A stretch of DNA of 64,000 bases. It comes from Octopus vulgaris (Eukaryota). The stretch covers positions 20,088,001 to 20,152,000 of the forward strand of contig OX597836.1 of the NCBI GenBank assembly GCA_951406725.2. Direction: 5' to 3'. The notes under the pieces are model-generated. The model had not been told where the DNA came from. It did not search any database and saw only the letters and a program-made list of their open reading frames with translations. Position 1 is the first letter of the stretch. Each line of letters opens with the position of its first letter. The position numbers and the translations under genes were made by a program. Of this stretch, positions 50,789-64,000 are shown piece after piece.

Positions 50789-51165
50789 CAGGGTGTGATG
50801 GTAAACTGTTGCCATATAACTTTAATTTTGTGCATGCGCATTGTTTGCTTTTGATTTTTGTCGACTACACAGTATAGTAGGGTCAGTTGGGCACCATCTG
50901 TGAGAAAAACAGGACCATGATGCAATTCACTCTGCCAGAAATTTGGAATTGACATGTGGTGCTGCTTGGCATTTGCACTGTATTTGGGTGTCAATCTGAT
51001 GACAGTGCAGAGGATTCAAAAAGAGTTGGATGAGTCTAATAGTGATTACAAAGGTATGGCAGCTCAGAAAACTTGCTCTGATCATTCTGATAAGAAAAGA
51101 ACTCCTGAATTTGTTGGTGAGATCCAGGCCATGATAGACAACAATCCCTCCAAGTCAATCAGGTT
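50789..51165 (+). mobile_element. Tc1/mariner-superfamily transposon 5' remnant
   Basis: Begins CAGGGTG after (TA)n. The peptide LGVNLMTVQRIQKEL...KRTPEFVGEIQAMIDNNPSKSIR resembles an N-terminal paired-like HTH region. Confidence 0.65.
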
Positions 51166-51648
51166 GACACATCAGACTATACAAATTCATCCAACTATTA
51201 ACTAATAGTAGCTTGCATTTAAACCTTGTGTATACTAAATGATATTCATCTTTCAAGGGTTGAAGTATTTTTTTCTGTTGATCCCATCAATAAGGATTGT
51301 GTTTTTATTTTCAAAAAATTCTTGATGTGAAAATGTATGTCGAAATATATAGTTATACTTGGGATGGTAATTTTTATTTTTGGGTCAATTAAATCCCAGC
51401 GCTATTTATTTGATCTTCATTTTAGTTTTTATTTGTATCATTTTTAACTATAAATAATGACTAAAGTGAAGATTAAATAGGGTATGTATTTAATTGACAA
51501 AAAAACAAAACACTCTCTAAGTATAACAGGATGACCCAATATATATATATTTATAAGGTTAATCCAAACGGGAAAACAGAAAAAACAACACGTGGAACAA
51601 TTAAAGTATTATTATTATTAGGCGCTCAGGAAAAAGGGAAGAAGGAGG

Positions 51649-51683
51649 GTATGACGTTTCGAGCGGAGCTCTTCGTCGGAAAC
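51649..51683 (-). ncRNA. Minimal type I hammerhead-like motif (core variant CCGACGA) in a (TA)n-flanked PLE-type fragment
   Basis: Minus strand: GTTT-CCGACGA-A-GAGC TCC GCTC-GAAA-CG-TC-ATAC. The downstream TTCCTGAGCGCC is shared with the 24054 element. Confidence 0.65.
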
Positions 51684-51727
51684 ATAAGAGAAGGAAGAAA
51701 GAAGAAATATATATATATATATATATA

Positions 51728-51948
51728 TTGGGTCATCCCATAAATAATGTGGTTTTTTCAATTGCATGAACTAAAGCCGGAAGGGAATGGGATAAACCAC
51801 CTGCATCAACTTGGTATAAAAGCAGGAAGTAGTTTTACTTTGGCTCTTATTCTTAGTGAATATATTTTAGATTAAAAAAGAATTTTATATCTTAATTTTG
51901 AAAAATAAAAGAAGTATGAAAAAACTGCGTTATTTATGGGAGGACCAA
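51728..51948. mobile_element. mariner-type MITE
   Basis: Imperfect ~30-bp TIRs TTGGGTCATCCCATAAATAATGTGGTTTTTTC / GAAAAAACTGCGTTATTTATGGGAGGACCAA after (TA)n. Confidence 0.7.
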
Positions 51949-53466
51949 ACACATATACGTGTGTGTATGTGTGTCTAATGTTCACACACACACACCGAAC
52001 TTACACTGAAAATGTTGTAGTAGGAAACCCCATGGTGCTGCATTGTGGGACTGAACCTCAAACCCACATGGTTGCAAAGCAAACTTCTTAACTGCCAAGC
52101 CATGCCTGTACCTTAGTTCATGCAACAACTCTTACAGATCTATACTTATCTCCTTTCTATATTTCAGTGCCTTGTAGTAGACATCCTGTGTAATCCCTCA
52201 CAACTTTGGCCCTGTGGTTAAGATGTTCATATCACAATTATAAGGATTTCAGATCTGAGCCCATTTTAGTCAAATGGATGAGATTCAAAACATCATCAAT
52301 CAATGACTGATATTTTTCTTCCCCTTCCTACTTAATTATTTCTAATTAGCATATTTAAAGCAGTTTGATACTTTAAATGTTTGCACACTGTAGCAATTAT
52401 TATTCTGCCAGCATAACCTTGAGCCGACCCAGGCCTTGGGAAATAAATCGGTCGAGGATTTACTGTCCTCTTTCTTTCCTTCCCATGATGTTATCAAGAG
52501 CTTCTGTTGTGGCCCTTTCTCTTACTTGACTGTTTACTTTAGGCTTAGCCATTGTTTGCTTTCAAGTCTTTTGGGGTCAAGCATCTTTGGTAAATTTACT
52601 GTTGTTCTTTAGATCATTTGTTGCAACTTAATCCTTTCCCCCCTGCAAGACAAATTTCTCATTCCCCCTTTTTCTAGTTTGTCCTCTTTGCTTTAACTCA
52701 TTTGCTAACATATTTCATCATCATCATCATCATCGTTTAACGTCCGTTTTCCGTGCTAGCACGGGTTGGACGGTTCGACCGGGGATCTGGGAAGCCAGGA
52801 GGCTGCACCAGGCTCCAGTCTGATCTGGCAGTGCTTCTACAGCTGGATGCCCTTCCTAACGCCAACCACTCCGTGAGTGTAGTGGGTGCTTTTAACGTGC
52901 CACCGGCACAGGTGCCAGGGGAGTCTGGCAGCGGCCACGATCGGTTGGTGCTTTTAATGTGCCACCGGCACAGAAGCCAGTTAAGGCGGCGCTGGCATTG
53001 GCCACGTTCTGATGGTGCTTTTTACGTGCCACCGGCACAGAAGCCAGTCAAGGCGGCGCTGGCATTGGCCACGTTCGGATGGTGTTTTTTATGTGTCACC
53101 GGCACGTTTAAAAAAAAAAAGAACAAAACTACATTTGTCTCAATTAATTTTGAAAATAATGAAAAATTTGGTAAAATAACTGTCATTAGATTAAGGTGGG
53201 TGTTTGGAATGTAAATGAACTTGAAATTTTGATCTTTTATTGTTTACTTGTTTCAGCCATTAGTCTGTGGCCATGCTGAGGCACCACCTTAAGGAATTTT
53301 AGTCAAACTAATACCTATTTTCTTTTTAAGCCTGGTACTTATTCTATTGGTCTCTTTTAGCGAACTCCTAAATTATGGGGATGTAAACACACCAACACCA
53401 GTTGTCAGTCGGTGGTGGGAGGCAAACACACATCTTTATCTTTTATCTTTTACTTCAATCATTAGT

Positions 53467-53503
<37 letters not shown>

Positions 53504-53862
53504 CAAGCTTCTTTCAGTTTCCTCATATCAAATCTACTCACAAGGCTTTGTTTGGCCCAAGGCTATTGTAAAAGACACTTGCCTAAGGTGTCATGCAGTA
53601 GAGCTGAATGTTGGATAATGTGGCTAGGAAGCAAACTTCATACCACACAGTCACATCTGCAGCTATCATAGAAAAATGTTTTACTTTAGGAAGTTTTAGG
53701 GAGTTTATATTATAGAACTAGGGGGCAATCCCATTTGTTTTACGGAATACATAGACTGATAGTCATACAATATATAACCTTTTGTTACTTTATTTCTGTT
53801 GAAATATGCTGACTTTGTTTCAATTAATTTAAAAAATAAGGAACAATTTATTAAAATAACTT

Positions 53863-54507
53863 GGTACTTTTTGGTTGTCTCACCCTCATTAAAAAAAATT
53901 GCCATTAAAAAATTGGGTTACCTCCCCACTAAAAAATTGAGCTTGTGTGGTAACAAGAGATTGGATTAAAAGTGTTAGATCCTTTTGATTCAATACATCA
54001 ACACATCGTTGACGTTTGGCTTCCTCAATAGGCATGGTATTATTTGTTATAAAGATATTATTAGATTCCATAAATTTTTCATTTAAATTTAATTTGTCAA
54101 AATATTTTCATTGCTTTGAGACCGCGACCTGTTCACTGACAAAATTCCATATAGTGAACAGGTCGTGGTCTCAAAGCGACGAAAATATTTTGACAAATTA
54201 AATTTAAATGTTGAAGTGGATCTAACAGTTTTTGTGTGTTTCTTAAATGGCTTATAAACACCTTCCACGCTGCAATTGTTTTCGTTCCAGCACACGATCT
54301 CAGATCAGGTCACTTGCTATGCAAGTACATTTCTAAATTTTTCAGTTTTCCTGTTTATTAATTTTCATTTTTTTTTTTCTTTTTTGTTTTATTGAAGGTT
54401 AAACAATTTCTTTAGGTGGGAGAAATAACCAAAAGTACTGATATTTTTCATAAAACGGGGGGAGATAACCCATTTTTTTAAAGGGGGTGAGATAACCAAA
54501 AAGTACC
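53863..54507. mobile_element. Merlin-type non-autonomous DNA transposon
   Basis: TIRs GGTACTTTTTGGTTGTCTCACCC / GGGTGAGATAACCAAAAAGTACC begin with GG. Exact 8-bp TSD AATAACTT at 53855-53862 and 54508-54515; subterminal repeats of the TIR motif. Confidence 0.75.
54080..54210. repeat. Near-perfect 131-bp inverted repeat (hairpin) inside the Merlin-type element
   Basis: CATTTAAATTTAATTTGTCAAAATATTTTC..GCTTTGAGACCGCGACCTGTTCACT / AGTGAACAGGTCGTGGTCTCAAAGC..GAAAATATTTTGACAAATTAAATTTAAATG. Confidence 0.9.
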
Positions 54508-56389
54508 AATAACTTTGTCATCATGAAATTTGGTTGGAAGAATTTTTAATTCAGATCACTTAAAAAAAATGAAGTTTGTATCATCAAACCCAGAGTGACT
54601 TCAAGCAGTTTAGAATCAGAAGGGGAATATTCTTGTTGTTTAGCCCCACAGTAATCCTAGTGAAACCTGTTAGCATCCAGATTACTCTGTCAAATGTAAT
54701 GCTTATTTATTCACATTGTTTTGAATTAGTCATACATTATCTCACAGTTTCAAGATTTCCACGATGTGATTGTTTATTTTTAGAATGACATTATAGGGTA
54801 GGTGTAAGAAGTTTGATTTAGTTGGTTTAAACATAAAACAGGTGGAATATTTGGGCCAAATATGGCTGGTTTGAATGCTGAAGGGTTAAGACATTCTAGC
54901 TATAACCATTCCACCCAAGATTTCTGGGGTTTTTTCATTATTTTTTTTTTAATATTTTATTGAATGTTGGAGTGTGATGGTGATTTTTAACTAAGATTTA
55001 ACTGTTATTTTTAGGAAGTGAAGTGGCTCATGTATAGAGCTCCTAGTTGGCTTTTTTTTTTGGTGGTGGGGTTTCTTTTACAAGTTGTATTGTGTTGCTA
55101 AGCCAGACAGCTGTGAATAAATATGAGGACTACAACTGAGTTAAGTGACTGACTTAAGTGAGATCCAACACACCCTGATACACTTATCAGTAACTATCTT
55201 TGAAAGACTTGTTAAAAGTTTATTTCTTTCTCACTAGTTCTGAAGTACCCCTACACTATCAACTGTTAAATCTCTTACAACTGACTGTCAGATTTTTAAC
55301 TAAGCAGTAAGGGCGAGAAAGAGCCGGTGGTAATCCGTAATCGGTATGGCTTGCTTTGACTTTCTGTTTATCTGATTTGTCATTGGGTTTAGAAGTCTTT
55401 CTTCTATGGCAGTAATATACCCAACCCCCACCTTTGTTTCCATTTTTATTGTCATTGATTTCAAAAACACTTAAAAAAATTCCAGTCCTCATTTTCTCTA
55501 TCTCTCTCTTCCTCTCCATCTTTTAGTGGTTGTTGTTGTTGTGTGTTCATGATGATGTCTTGCAGAAGAACCTTGAATAGGAAATGCAAGCACTTCATGT
55601 AAATGCAAGTGATTCATTTTGAGAAGGTTTCAAGGTGGGCAAAAAAAAAAAAATGCCTGCTTTTAAGAAGGTTAACACTACAGAGCCTGGATAGATTATT
55701 TTTAGGTGGTAGTGGACAGGATGGTAGAATTTTGAGTGGCAATTGCCTTATGGTCAAGCCTGTGGCAGTAAAAGACCTCTGGCATTCTCGACCCCTGGAC
55801 CATATCCCTGCTCACTACTATTAGGGCAGAGATGCTTATCCACAAATCTCAACCCCATGAGTCAGATTGGATGTTCCAGTGCATCTCCCATGCCATCCTT
55901 TGGAATAACACCTTTTCCATTTTGTCAGCTAGGACCATGAGGTGGTCTGAATTACAGGAAATCAAGATGTAAGAATTTTGTTGCTTAAATTCTCTTCCTT
56001 TTTTCCCCCCTTTTTTTCTCACCTTTCTTTTTCTTTTGGTTTCATTGGACATACATTATTAAAATACCAACTGCTATTCTTTAACTGTCAATTATATATA
56101 TGTATATAATATATATATTATATATATATATATATTATACACACATATATATATATTATTTATATATTATATATACAATATATATAATATTATTCTATCG
56201 GTCTCTTGCCGAACTGCTAAGTTACGGGGACGTAAACACACCAGCATCGGTTGTCAAGCGATGTTGGTGGGACACAAAAACAAACACACACACACATATA
56301 TACAACAGGCTTCTTTCAGTTTCTGTGTACCAAATCCACTCACAAGGCTTTGGTCAGTCCAAGGCTAGAGTAGAAGACACTTACCAAAG

Positions 56390-56900
56390 GCATGACCTCG
56401 TCCCATGTCTTCCTGGAACTACCTCTACCCCGGATTCCTTCAACTGTTTGAGAGTGACACTTCTTGACACATCTCTTCTCTTCCATCCGTAGTACATGAC
56501 CATACCAGCGCAAACATCTCTCTTACATGCCACGTCCGATGCTTCTTATGTCCAACATTTCTCTCAGAGCACTTTCACATTGTCATGTGTGCAGACTGAC
56601 ATTACACATCCAGCGAATCATGCTAGCTTCATTTCTTTTTTCGCAGTCACAGCCCGTGTTTCACTGCCATGAAGCATGGCAGTTCACACACATGCGTCAT
56701 ACAATCTACAATTCACTCTAAGTGAGAGACCCTTTGTCACCAGTAGGCGTAGAAGCTTTCTAAACTTTTCCCAGGCTATTCGTATTCTAGTGGTGACACT
56801 CTCTGAGCATCCACCTCCACTACTAACTTGGTCACCTATGTAGCGGAAGCTATCAACTACTTCTAGTTTCTTCCCCTGGAGTGTGATGGAATCTGTTATC
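56390..56900 (-). mobile_element. RTE-clade LINE fragment
   Basis: KLEVVDSFRYIGDQVSSGGGCSESVTTRIRIAWEKFRKL...LSLRVNCRLYDACV. Confidence 0.88.
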
Positions 56901-57094
56901 AAACATACATATATAATATATGTTTTATATATATATATATAATATTTATATGTATGTTTTATATATATATATATATAATATTTATATGTATGTTATATAT
57001 ATAATATTTATATGTATGTTATATATATAATATTTATATGTATGTTATATATATCTTATTTATATGTATGTTTTATATATATGTTATTTATATA

Positions 57095-57195
57095 TTATAT
57101 CTGTAATATGATATGTGACAATTATTCGGTTGCCATGTCCCCAAGTTTTGGATGTCGGGGTGGAAACATGCTCCAGTATCTCGTCAGTCAAGACA

Positions 57196-57239
<44 letters not shown>

Positions 57240-57520
57240 TAGTAATGGTAAGACAACAAAAGAATGAAAGAGACTTTGATATTTAGTAAATAGAGGAATT
57301 TATCTGTAATATAATATGTGACAATTATTCGGTTGCCATTATAAGGCTGTGATTTTTGGATGTCGGGGCAGAAACCTGCTCCGGCATCTCTTCAGTTTTC
57401 AAGGCACTCAAAACTCGATAACTGAAGAGATGCCAGAGCAAGTTTCCGCCCCAACATCCCGAAACTTGGAGTCTTATTATGGCAACCGAACAATTGTCAC
57501 ATATTATATTAGATATATTA
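57095..57520. mobile_element. Three related ~100-bp PLE-type terminal repeats (two minus, one plus) forming a direct + inverted cluster
   Basis: AATATGTGACAATTATTCGGTTGCCAT...GGATGTCGGGG..GAAAC.TGCTCC.G.ATCTC.TCAGT occurs at ~57100 and ~57302, and reverse-complemented at 57420-57515. Confidence 0.7.
57417..57478 (+). ncRNA. Type I hammerhead-like motif
   Basis: GATAA-CTGAAGA-GATG...CATCCC-GAAA-CT TGG AG-TC-TTATT. Core is intact with a GUC site; the stem II register is imperfect (two extra C). Confidence 0.6.
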
Positions 57521-59134
57521 CATATATATATATATTTAGAGAGAGAGGGAGATAGACAGACAGGGACATAGAGAGAAAGAGGAGGAAAATAAAGGACAAA
57601 GAGAAAACAAGAGAGTGGCAGGTCTATGTTAACTTGTGATAAGGCCGCCAAGGTCAACTTTGCCTTTCATCCTTTCGTGGTTGATAAATTAAGTACCAGT
57701 TGTGCACTGGGGTCGATGTAATCGACTTAATCCCTTTGCTGTCCTTGTTTGTCCCCTCTATGTTTAGCCCCTTGTGGCAATAAAGAAATAAAAAAAATAT
57801 TTTGGAAAAGCTCATGTACCTCACAACATCACACTTCTATTTTCCTTCTTTTATATATACTCTGAGCTAAATGTTTTTCATTCTTCATAAACAGTGTGGT
57901 ATGGAGGAATCAGGAAGATGGGTGAGGGTAGAGGGTTAGGTTTACTAAGACCTTCATTTATCTTAATATCCTATTAACTAACCATTTATCTTAATATCTT
58001 ATTAACTAACATCATATTTGTCTAAAGGAAAAGAAATTTTGGGTTTTTAAGATTAGTGTTGTAGTGGTGGACACACACACATATACACAAACCTTTTTAA
58101 ATGCCTTTGTTTCTTAAACAACAACAACAACGAAATATCACAATTCTGTTTCTTAGTAAAACACCACCAACAATATAGCTGTGTGTTCTTTCATTGTGAT
58201 AAGGCTATGTAGGCCAGTCAGGGCAGTAATAGTTATATGGGGTTGGAGTAGGAAGAAGAAGAAGCCGAAGAAGAAGCAAGGGTAGTGGTGGTGGTGGGGT
58301 TGAGGGGAGAACTGGGGTATACGGGTGGGGTGGGGTGGGCTATATATCAACAATCCTCCCCTACATATTTCAAGTGCCCCACCTGATGACAACGACCTAT
58401 TTTCATGCTTCTTGGGAAATTAAATAGTGCACCTACCTCTATGCTTACTAAATTCTTTTTCTTTTTCCTCTTTGTACACAGCATGTTCTTTCCTTATCAT
58501 CATGGCCATCATCATATGCGTTGAACTATTTCACTGTTTACAAAATATATATAGAGGTAGTAATACTGCTATGTTGTGGTAACTAGCTGTCTCTGTTTAA
58601 CCCTTTTCCCCAGTTTTACTTGGCTATATTTCCAGTGAAATACATAGTATTTATATCCAAAACAGGGGCAGTTTTATTTTCCCCTTATCAACAGAGTGGC
58701 TGTGTGGTAAGTAGCTTGCTAACCAACCACATGGTTCCGGGTTCAGTCCCACTGCATGGCGTCTTGGGCAAGTGTCTTCTGCTATAGCCTCGGGCCGACG
58801 AATGCCTTGTGAGTGGATTTGGTAGACGGAAACTGAAAAAGCCTGTCGTATATATATGTATGTGTGTGTGTGTTTGTGTGTCTGTGTTTGTCCCCCTAGC
58901 ATTGCTTGACAACCGATGCTGGTGTGTTTACGTCCCTGTCACTTAGCAGTTCGGCAATAGAGACCGATAGAATAAGTACTGGGCTTACAAAAGAATAAGT
59001 CCCGGGGTAGATTCGCTCGACTAAAGGCGGTGCTCCAGCATGGCCGCAGTCAAATGACTGAAACAAGTAAAAGAGAAAGAGTTATATGTAATTATTATTC
59101 ATCATAAATTGAGCCGCTCCACTAAAAGAATAAT

Positions 59135-60298
59135 TTAACCCTTTTTAAACCAACCTGCCTGAGAGTGCCTCTGCTTCTGTGACAGAATCTCCCTTGATCT
59201 AAATTAAAACCTTCCAACAAAATTTCATGTTAATTTATATTCTTAATACCAGGTTAACCCTTTCATTACTGTATTTATTTTGAGATGCTCTGTGTTTCTT
59301 TCAATTAATTTTAGATGTAACAAAGAACTTAGTAAAATAACTTATCATTAAGCTAGTGTCAGGAACATAAATTGTGACTAAGGTTTGGTGGAAGATTTTA
59401 ATTTAAAACTTAGGAAAACAAGACATTTGTATTACAGAGCCAGAGGCGATTTCAGGCAGGGGATATTAGCATTCAGATTATTCTGTCAAATGTAATGCTT
59501 ATTTATTTACATTGTTTTGAATTAATTTTGCATTATCTTGGGGTTTAAGATTTCGATGATGTAATTGTATATTTTTAGAATGACATTGTAGAGTAGGTGT
59601 GAGAGGCCAGATCTGGCCATTTTGAACATAAAACAGGTGGAATATTTGACCAGATATAACTGGTTTGAATGCTAAAGGGTTAATAATTGCAGTTATTTTT
59701 ATTAAATTCTTCATTATTTTTAACCCTTTCGTTACTGTATTGATTTTAAGATGCTCTGTGCTTCTTTCAGTCACTTTTAAATATAACAAAGAATTTAGTA
59801 AAATAACTTAGCAATAATTAAGCTGGTGTTAGGAACATAAAGTGTGACTAAGGTTTGGTGGAAGATTTTAATTCAAAACTTACGAAAACAAGACATTTGT
59901 ACTCAGAGCCAGAGCCGGTTTCAGCCAGGTTGGTAACGAAAGGGTTAAAATGAAATAAAACAGTGTCTTTCAACAGAAATATTGTAACATCATCATCATT
60001 AACATCAGTTTTCCATGCTGGCATGGGTTGGACTTTTTGACAAGAGCTGGCCAGCCAGAGAGCTGCCCAGGCCCCATTTGTCTGTTTTGGCATGGTTTCT
60101 ACATTTGTGAATGCCCTTCACAATGCCAAAAGAGTTAAAGTGATCAAAATCAAAACCTGTCATCAAAATTTCACTTTAATTAATAATCTAAACGCTAGCA
60201 ATGATGACAAATTTTTTTTTTAATAAATTCATTATTATTTTGGAAATTATTTGAAACAAAGTTTGTGTTATTCCAACAGAGGTATCCTAAAGGGTTAA
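59135..60298. mobile_element. Cluster of nested piggyBac-type MITEs
   Basis: TTAACCCTTT starts at 59135, 59254 and 59720; AAAGGGTTAA ends at 59683, 59948 and 60298. 59724-59944 is a complete copy (CCCTTTCGTTAC / GTAACGAAAGGG). Confidence 0.75.
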
Positions 60299-60430
60299 TC
60301 CTCTGTGCTGCACATATAATATAGTACAGAGAACATTGTATGTTACACTAAACAAATCTGAAATATAGTAGAGGAGTCAGACCTAAAGATTAGGTTACAA
60401 AAATTTTTGTAAAATGTTATGTTTATATAA

Positions 60431-60465
60431 TTACTAAAGTGCTACCCGTCATATGAAACGGGTAA
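60431..60465 (+). mobile_element. Possible Helitron/Helentron-type (HINE) terminus
   Basis: TACTA..ACCCGT CATATGAA ACGGGT subterminal hairpin; the other end was not identified. Confidence 0.3.
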
Positions 60466-63403
60466 TGTTGGAATATATTTTTGCTGCTATGGATAATATC
60501 AAGTATTGTTACTTAAACTCAGGAATGATAATTCCACTTTATTCAATTCTCATGCTGTTTATGCAAAATAACGAAATGGATACTAATTTGTTTTTTTGAA
60601 TAAAAATAGGAATCTTTTTAATTTTTTAGACTAAACACTTTGAAACCTCAGATACTGGTAGAATGTATCACATAGAACAGGGTTTACTCTTAATATTTTT
60701 GACAAAATTTTGTACTTTAGAAGTTATTTTGTGTTAAAGTTGGCATATTTGGGTAATTTTAACCAATCAACGACGTGTATTCAGTTGAAGAAAATTACTG
60801 CTGCTGTTTGCGAACAACAACTCCCGGTTCCACTCCCCTAACAAAACCCTTCTTTAATAACCAGAAATGTTTTTATAGCAATAGATTTGTTTTATCGGGG
60901 TTGATTTGAGGCTAAAAAGCAACAAAATTATTATTCAGACAGACCACTGATGGAGCCTGTATGTGGTTGCATGACCTGCTAGAAAAAGTAGCCAAACTTT
61001 TTTTTATATACAGAATAGAAAAACTGTAAGCCATGTAGTCCATTATGTCTGGGTAAAAAGACGGAATGGTCACAGTTGGGACATCTTTGATTATATCTGT
61101 TCAATCAGATCCAACTCGGGACTAAACAACAAGTGACAAAGTGAACGAGACAAGGCATCGAGAGGGCCTTTACCTGGTCGCTTGAGTCGCTAGAAAGAGC
61201 AACCAAATCTTCCTGACTAAATGAAAAATGAAATTTGCATCTTCAAGAAAAAGAAATAATGCAAGATGAGGGCTATAGTAGAAGACACTTGCCCAAGGTT
61301 CCATGACATGGGACTGAACCAGGAAACATTTTGTTGGGAAGCAATCTTCTTACTACTACTACATGTCCAACCCAGAATCTTTATCCTAATGTCTATAGAT
61401 CCTCAGCAATATGTTATTTCAATAATCAGATAACCTGGTGGTGATTATCTCCCTCCACTCCAGGTATGGTTGACCATTTACTTGTCTGTAAATCCTGCTA
61501 CCATTTAACAGATTTTATTTCAAATGCTGCCTGATGTTCACACCTGTTTCTCACCCAGTAAGTTTGGAGTGGGGAAGGTTTGGTTTGGTTTAGGTTACAA
61601 ATATGGCCTTAGAAAGGAGGGTAATACAGGCAGTTTTTCTATTATAAAACTAAAAGAAGTCTTGTAAGGTGAGTTGGTACCAAAAAGGTTAATAGATTCT
61701 GTTTGAAATAACGTCTCAAATTCCTGCAATTTTAGAGTGAAACAGCTTGGTTTAGTTGTTATTTACAGTTGTAGTGTAATAGTTCAAATATTTGGCTGTG
61801 TGATGGACATTGCTTTACAACCACATGATTTGGGGTTTAGTCCCACTGTGTGGCACATTGGGCAAATGTCTTCTATTATAGCCCTGTGAGTGAATTTTGT
61901 TGAAGGAAACTGTGTGGAAGCCTGTTGTGTGTGTGTGTGTGTACATGTACATATAGACATATGTGCATATGTGTTTGTCACCCCCATGACTTGATAACCA
62001 GTGTTTATGTTCCTGTGACTTAGCAGTCCAGCAAAAGTGACAGAATAAGTACCAGACTTTAAAAAAATAAGTATTGTGGTCGATTTGTATGACTAAGCTC
62101 TGCAGAGCAGTGCCCCTACATGGCTCCAATCTAATCTTATTTATACAAGTAAAAGAGTAAACGGTTAGACATAAGGCTAAATAATTACAATATATTTAAC
62201 AGCTTGGCTTAGAGGGAAAACCAAGGTGCTAGAGCAACAGTCTAAATATTTTATTAAAGTATTTAGTTCCATCCTGTCCATCCCTTGAATTCTGCTTATA
62301 TCTCACCCAGAATTTAGAATATACATTCCTGAACAAGGATATAAACAAACTCACATTGGTTGTGAAGCACTGATGAAGAAAAAACAAACATACGCACTCA
62401 CACAATAGACTTCTTTCAGTTTCCATTTACCAAATCCACTCATGAAGCTTTGGTGGATTAGGGCTATAGTAGACACTTGCCCAAGGTGCTATGCAGTGGG
62501 GCTGAACCAGGAACCATGAAATTGTCATTCTGCAATTTATGCTGTGTTGGCCCTTGACTCTTGAATAATGATCTCTAAGTTTGGTGCAAGGACACAGAAA
62601 TTTATAGAAGAATAAGGAGAGGGGGGCATATATTGAATTGATTCTAATGTATGACTGGTATTGATTTTGTAATTCTGGCTAAATTTCAACTCCAGTTGTA
62701 AACCATAATATTGTGATGTTTTGTCTATGAAGTTGATTCTGATTAATAGGCAGAGAATTGGCAGAATTGTTAGTGTTTTGGAGAGAATATTTTGTAATAT
62801 TTGGTTCTGGTTCTCTGCACACGGAGTTCAAACCCCACCAAGAACAACTTTGCTTTTCACCTTTCCAGTATTGATAAAGTACCAGTCCAGTGTTGGAGTT
62901 GATTCTGTCTGCCTGTTTCTTTCTTTCTCTCTCTTTCCTCCTCTGGAAGAAATCAGCTGTATTCAGACATGAGACCTAAAGAATAGCAATAACACAGTCA
63001 CCTCTACATCGTTGGAATTGTCACAGTCCAGGGTGTGCATATTTGGAGCTATTGTCCTCCTCGGCAGGTCAAAGGATTGTGTCTTGCTCATATCTTTCAT
63101 TTTTGGTTTGGTTTCTACAGTTGGATGCCCTTACTATCACTAACCACTATACAGTGTATCATAGCATCAGCATCAGTGAGGTTGCCTTACTCTTACTCTT
63201 TACTCTTTTACTTGTTTCAGTCATTTGACTGCGGCCATGCTGGAGCACCGCCTTTAGTCGAGCAAATTGACCCCAGGACTTATTCTTTGTAAGCCCAGTA
63301 CTTATTCTATCGGTCTCTTTTGCCGAACCCCTAAGTGACGGGGACGTAAACACACCAGCATCGGTTGTCAAGCAATGCTAGGGGGACAAACACAGACACA
63401 CAA

Positions 63404-63465
<62 letters not shown>

Positions 63466-64000
63466 GACAGGCTTCTTTCAGTTTCCGTCTACCAAATCCA
63501 CTCACAAGGCATTGGTCGGCCCGAGGCTATAGCAGAAGACACTTGCCCAAGATGCCATGCAGTGGGACTGAACCCAGAACCATGTGGTTGGTTAGCAAGC
63601 TACTTACCACACAGCCACTCCTGCGCCTTGTGTAATCTGTAAGATAAAAAGCCCTCACAACTCTATGATGTATTTGTTCACACATCCTATCGGCGACGCG
63701 TAAGTTTTACTACACTCTCGGAATGGTACTACATGATCGGAGTGGTTGGCATTAGGAAGGGCATCCAGCTGTAGAAACACTGCCAGATCAGACTGGAGCC
63801 TGGTGCAGCCTCCTGGCTTCCCAGACCCCGGTCAGACCGTCCAACCCATGCTAGCATGGAAAATAGACGTTAAACGATGATGATGGTGGTACATAGATGA
63901 TACATACTTCTGGTCACACTGGCTTACTTTCTGCTCACTCTGGTTCATTTCCTGTTCACTCACTCACTAATCGAGTTACTGTTTCTCTACTCACTGAAGT

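Noticed and set aside
55690-55960. Balanced-composition unique stretch as a coding exon
   Set aside because: An acceptor-like TTCCTGTAATTCAG exists on the minus strand, but all three minus frames contain stops and I recognise no homology.

Overview
AT-rich, microsatellite-saturated animal genomic DNA. The SINE families and (TA)n/(CA)n density suggest a cephalopod, probably Octopus; this is an inference from recognition, not a database search. I can support no host protein-coding gene, and most ORFs in the track are microsatellite or SINE artefacts. The window is a mosaic of three abundant SINE families, CR1-group and RTE LINE fragments, and piggyBac-, hAT-, Tc1/mariner- and Merlin-type MITEs. 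The main theme is Penelope-like elements (PLEs): one 5'-truncated but uninterrupted Neptune-type RT + GIY-YIG ORF (29583-31112) and two decayed PLE endonuclease remnants. About ten type I hammerhead ribozyme (HHR) motifs or vestiges, folded by hand, occur on both strands, several in inverted pairs and some with a CCGA core variant. A ~9-kb, highly homogeneous head-to-tail array (7302-16248) has about 22 units of two monomer types (~384 and ~435 bp). It starts at a (TA)n tract, and each unit carries a stem-II-less HHR-like core (CCGAAGA-AC-GAAA). This makes it a candidate retrozyme-like concatemer, but that reading is unproven.
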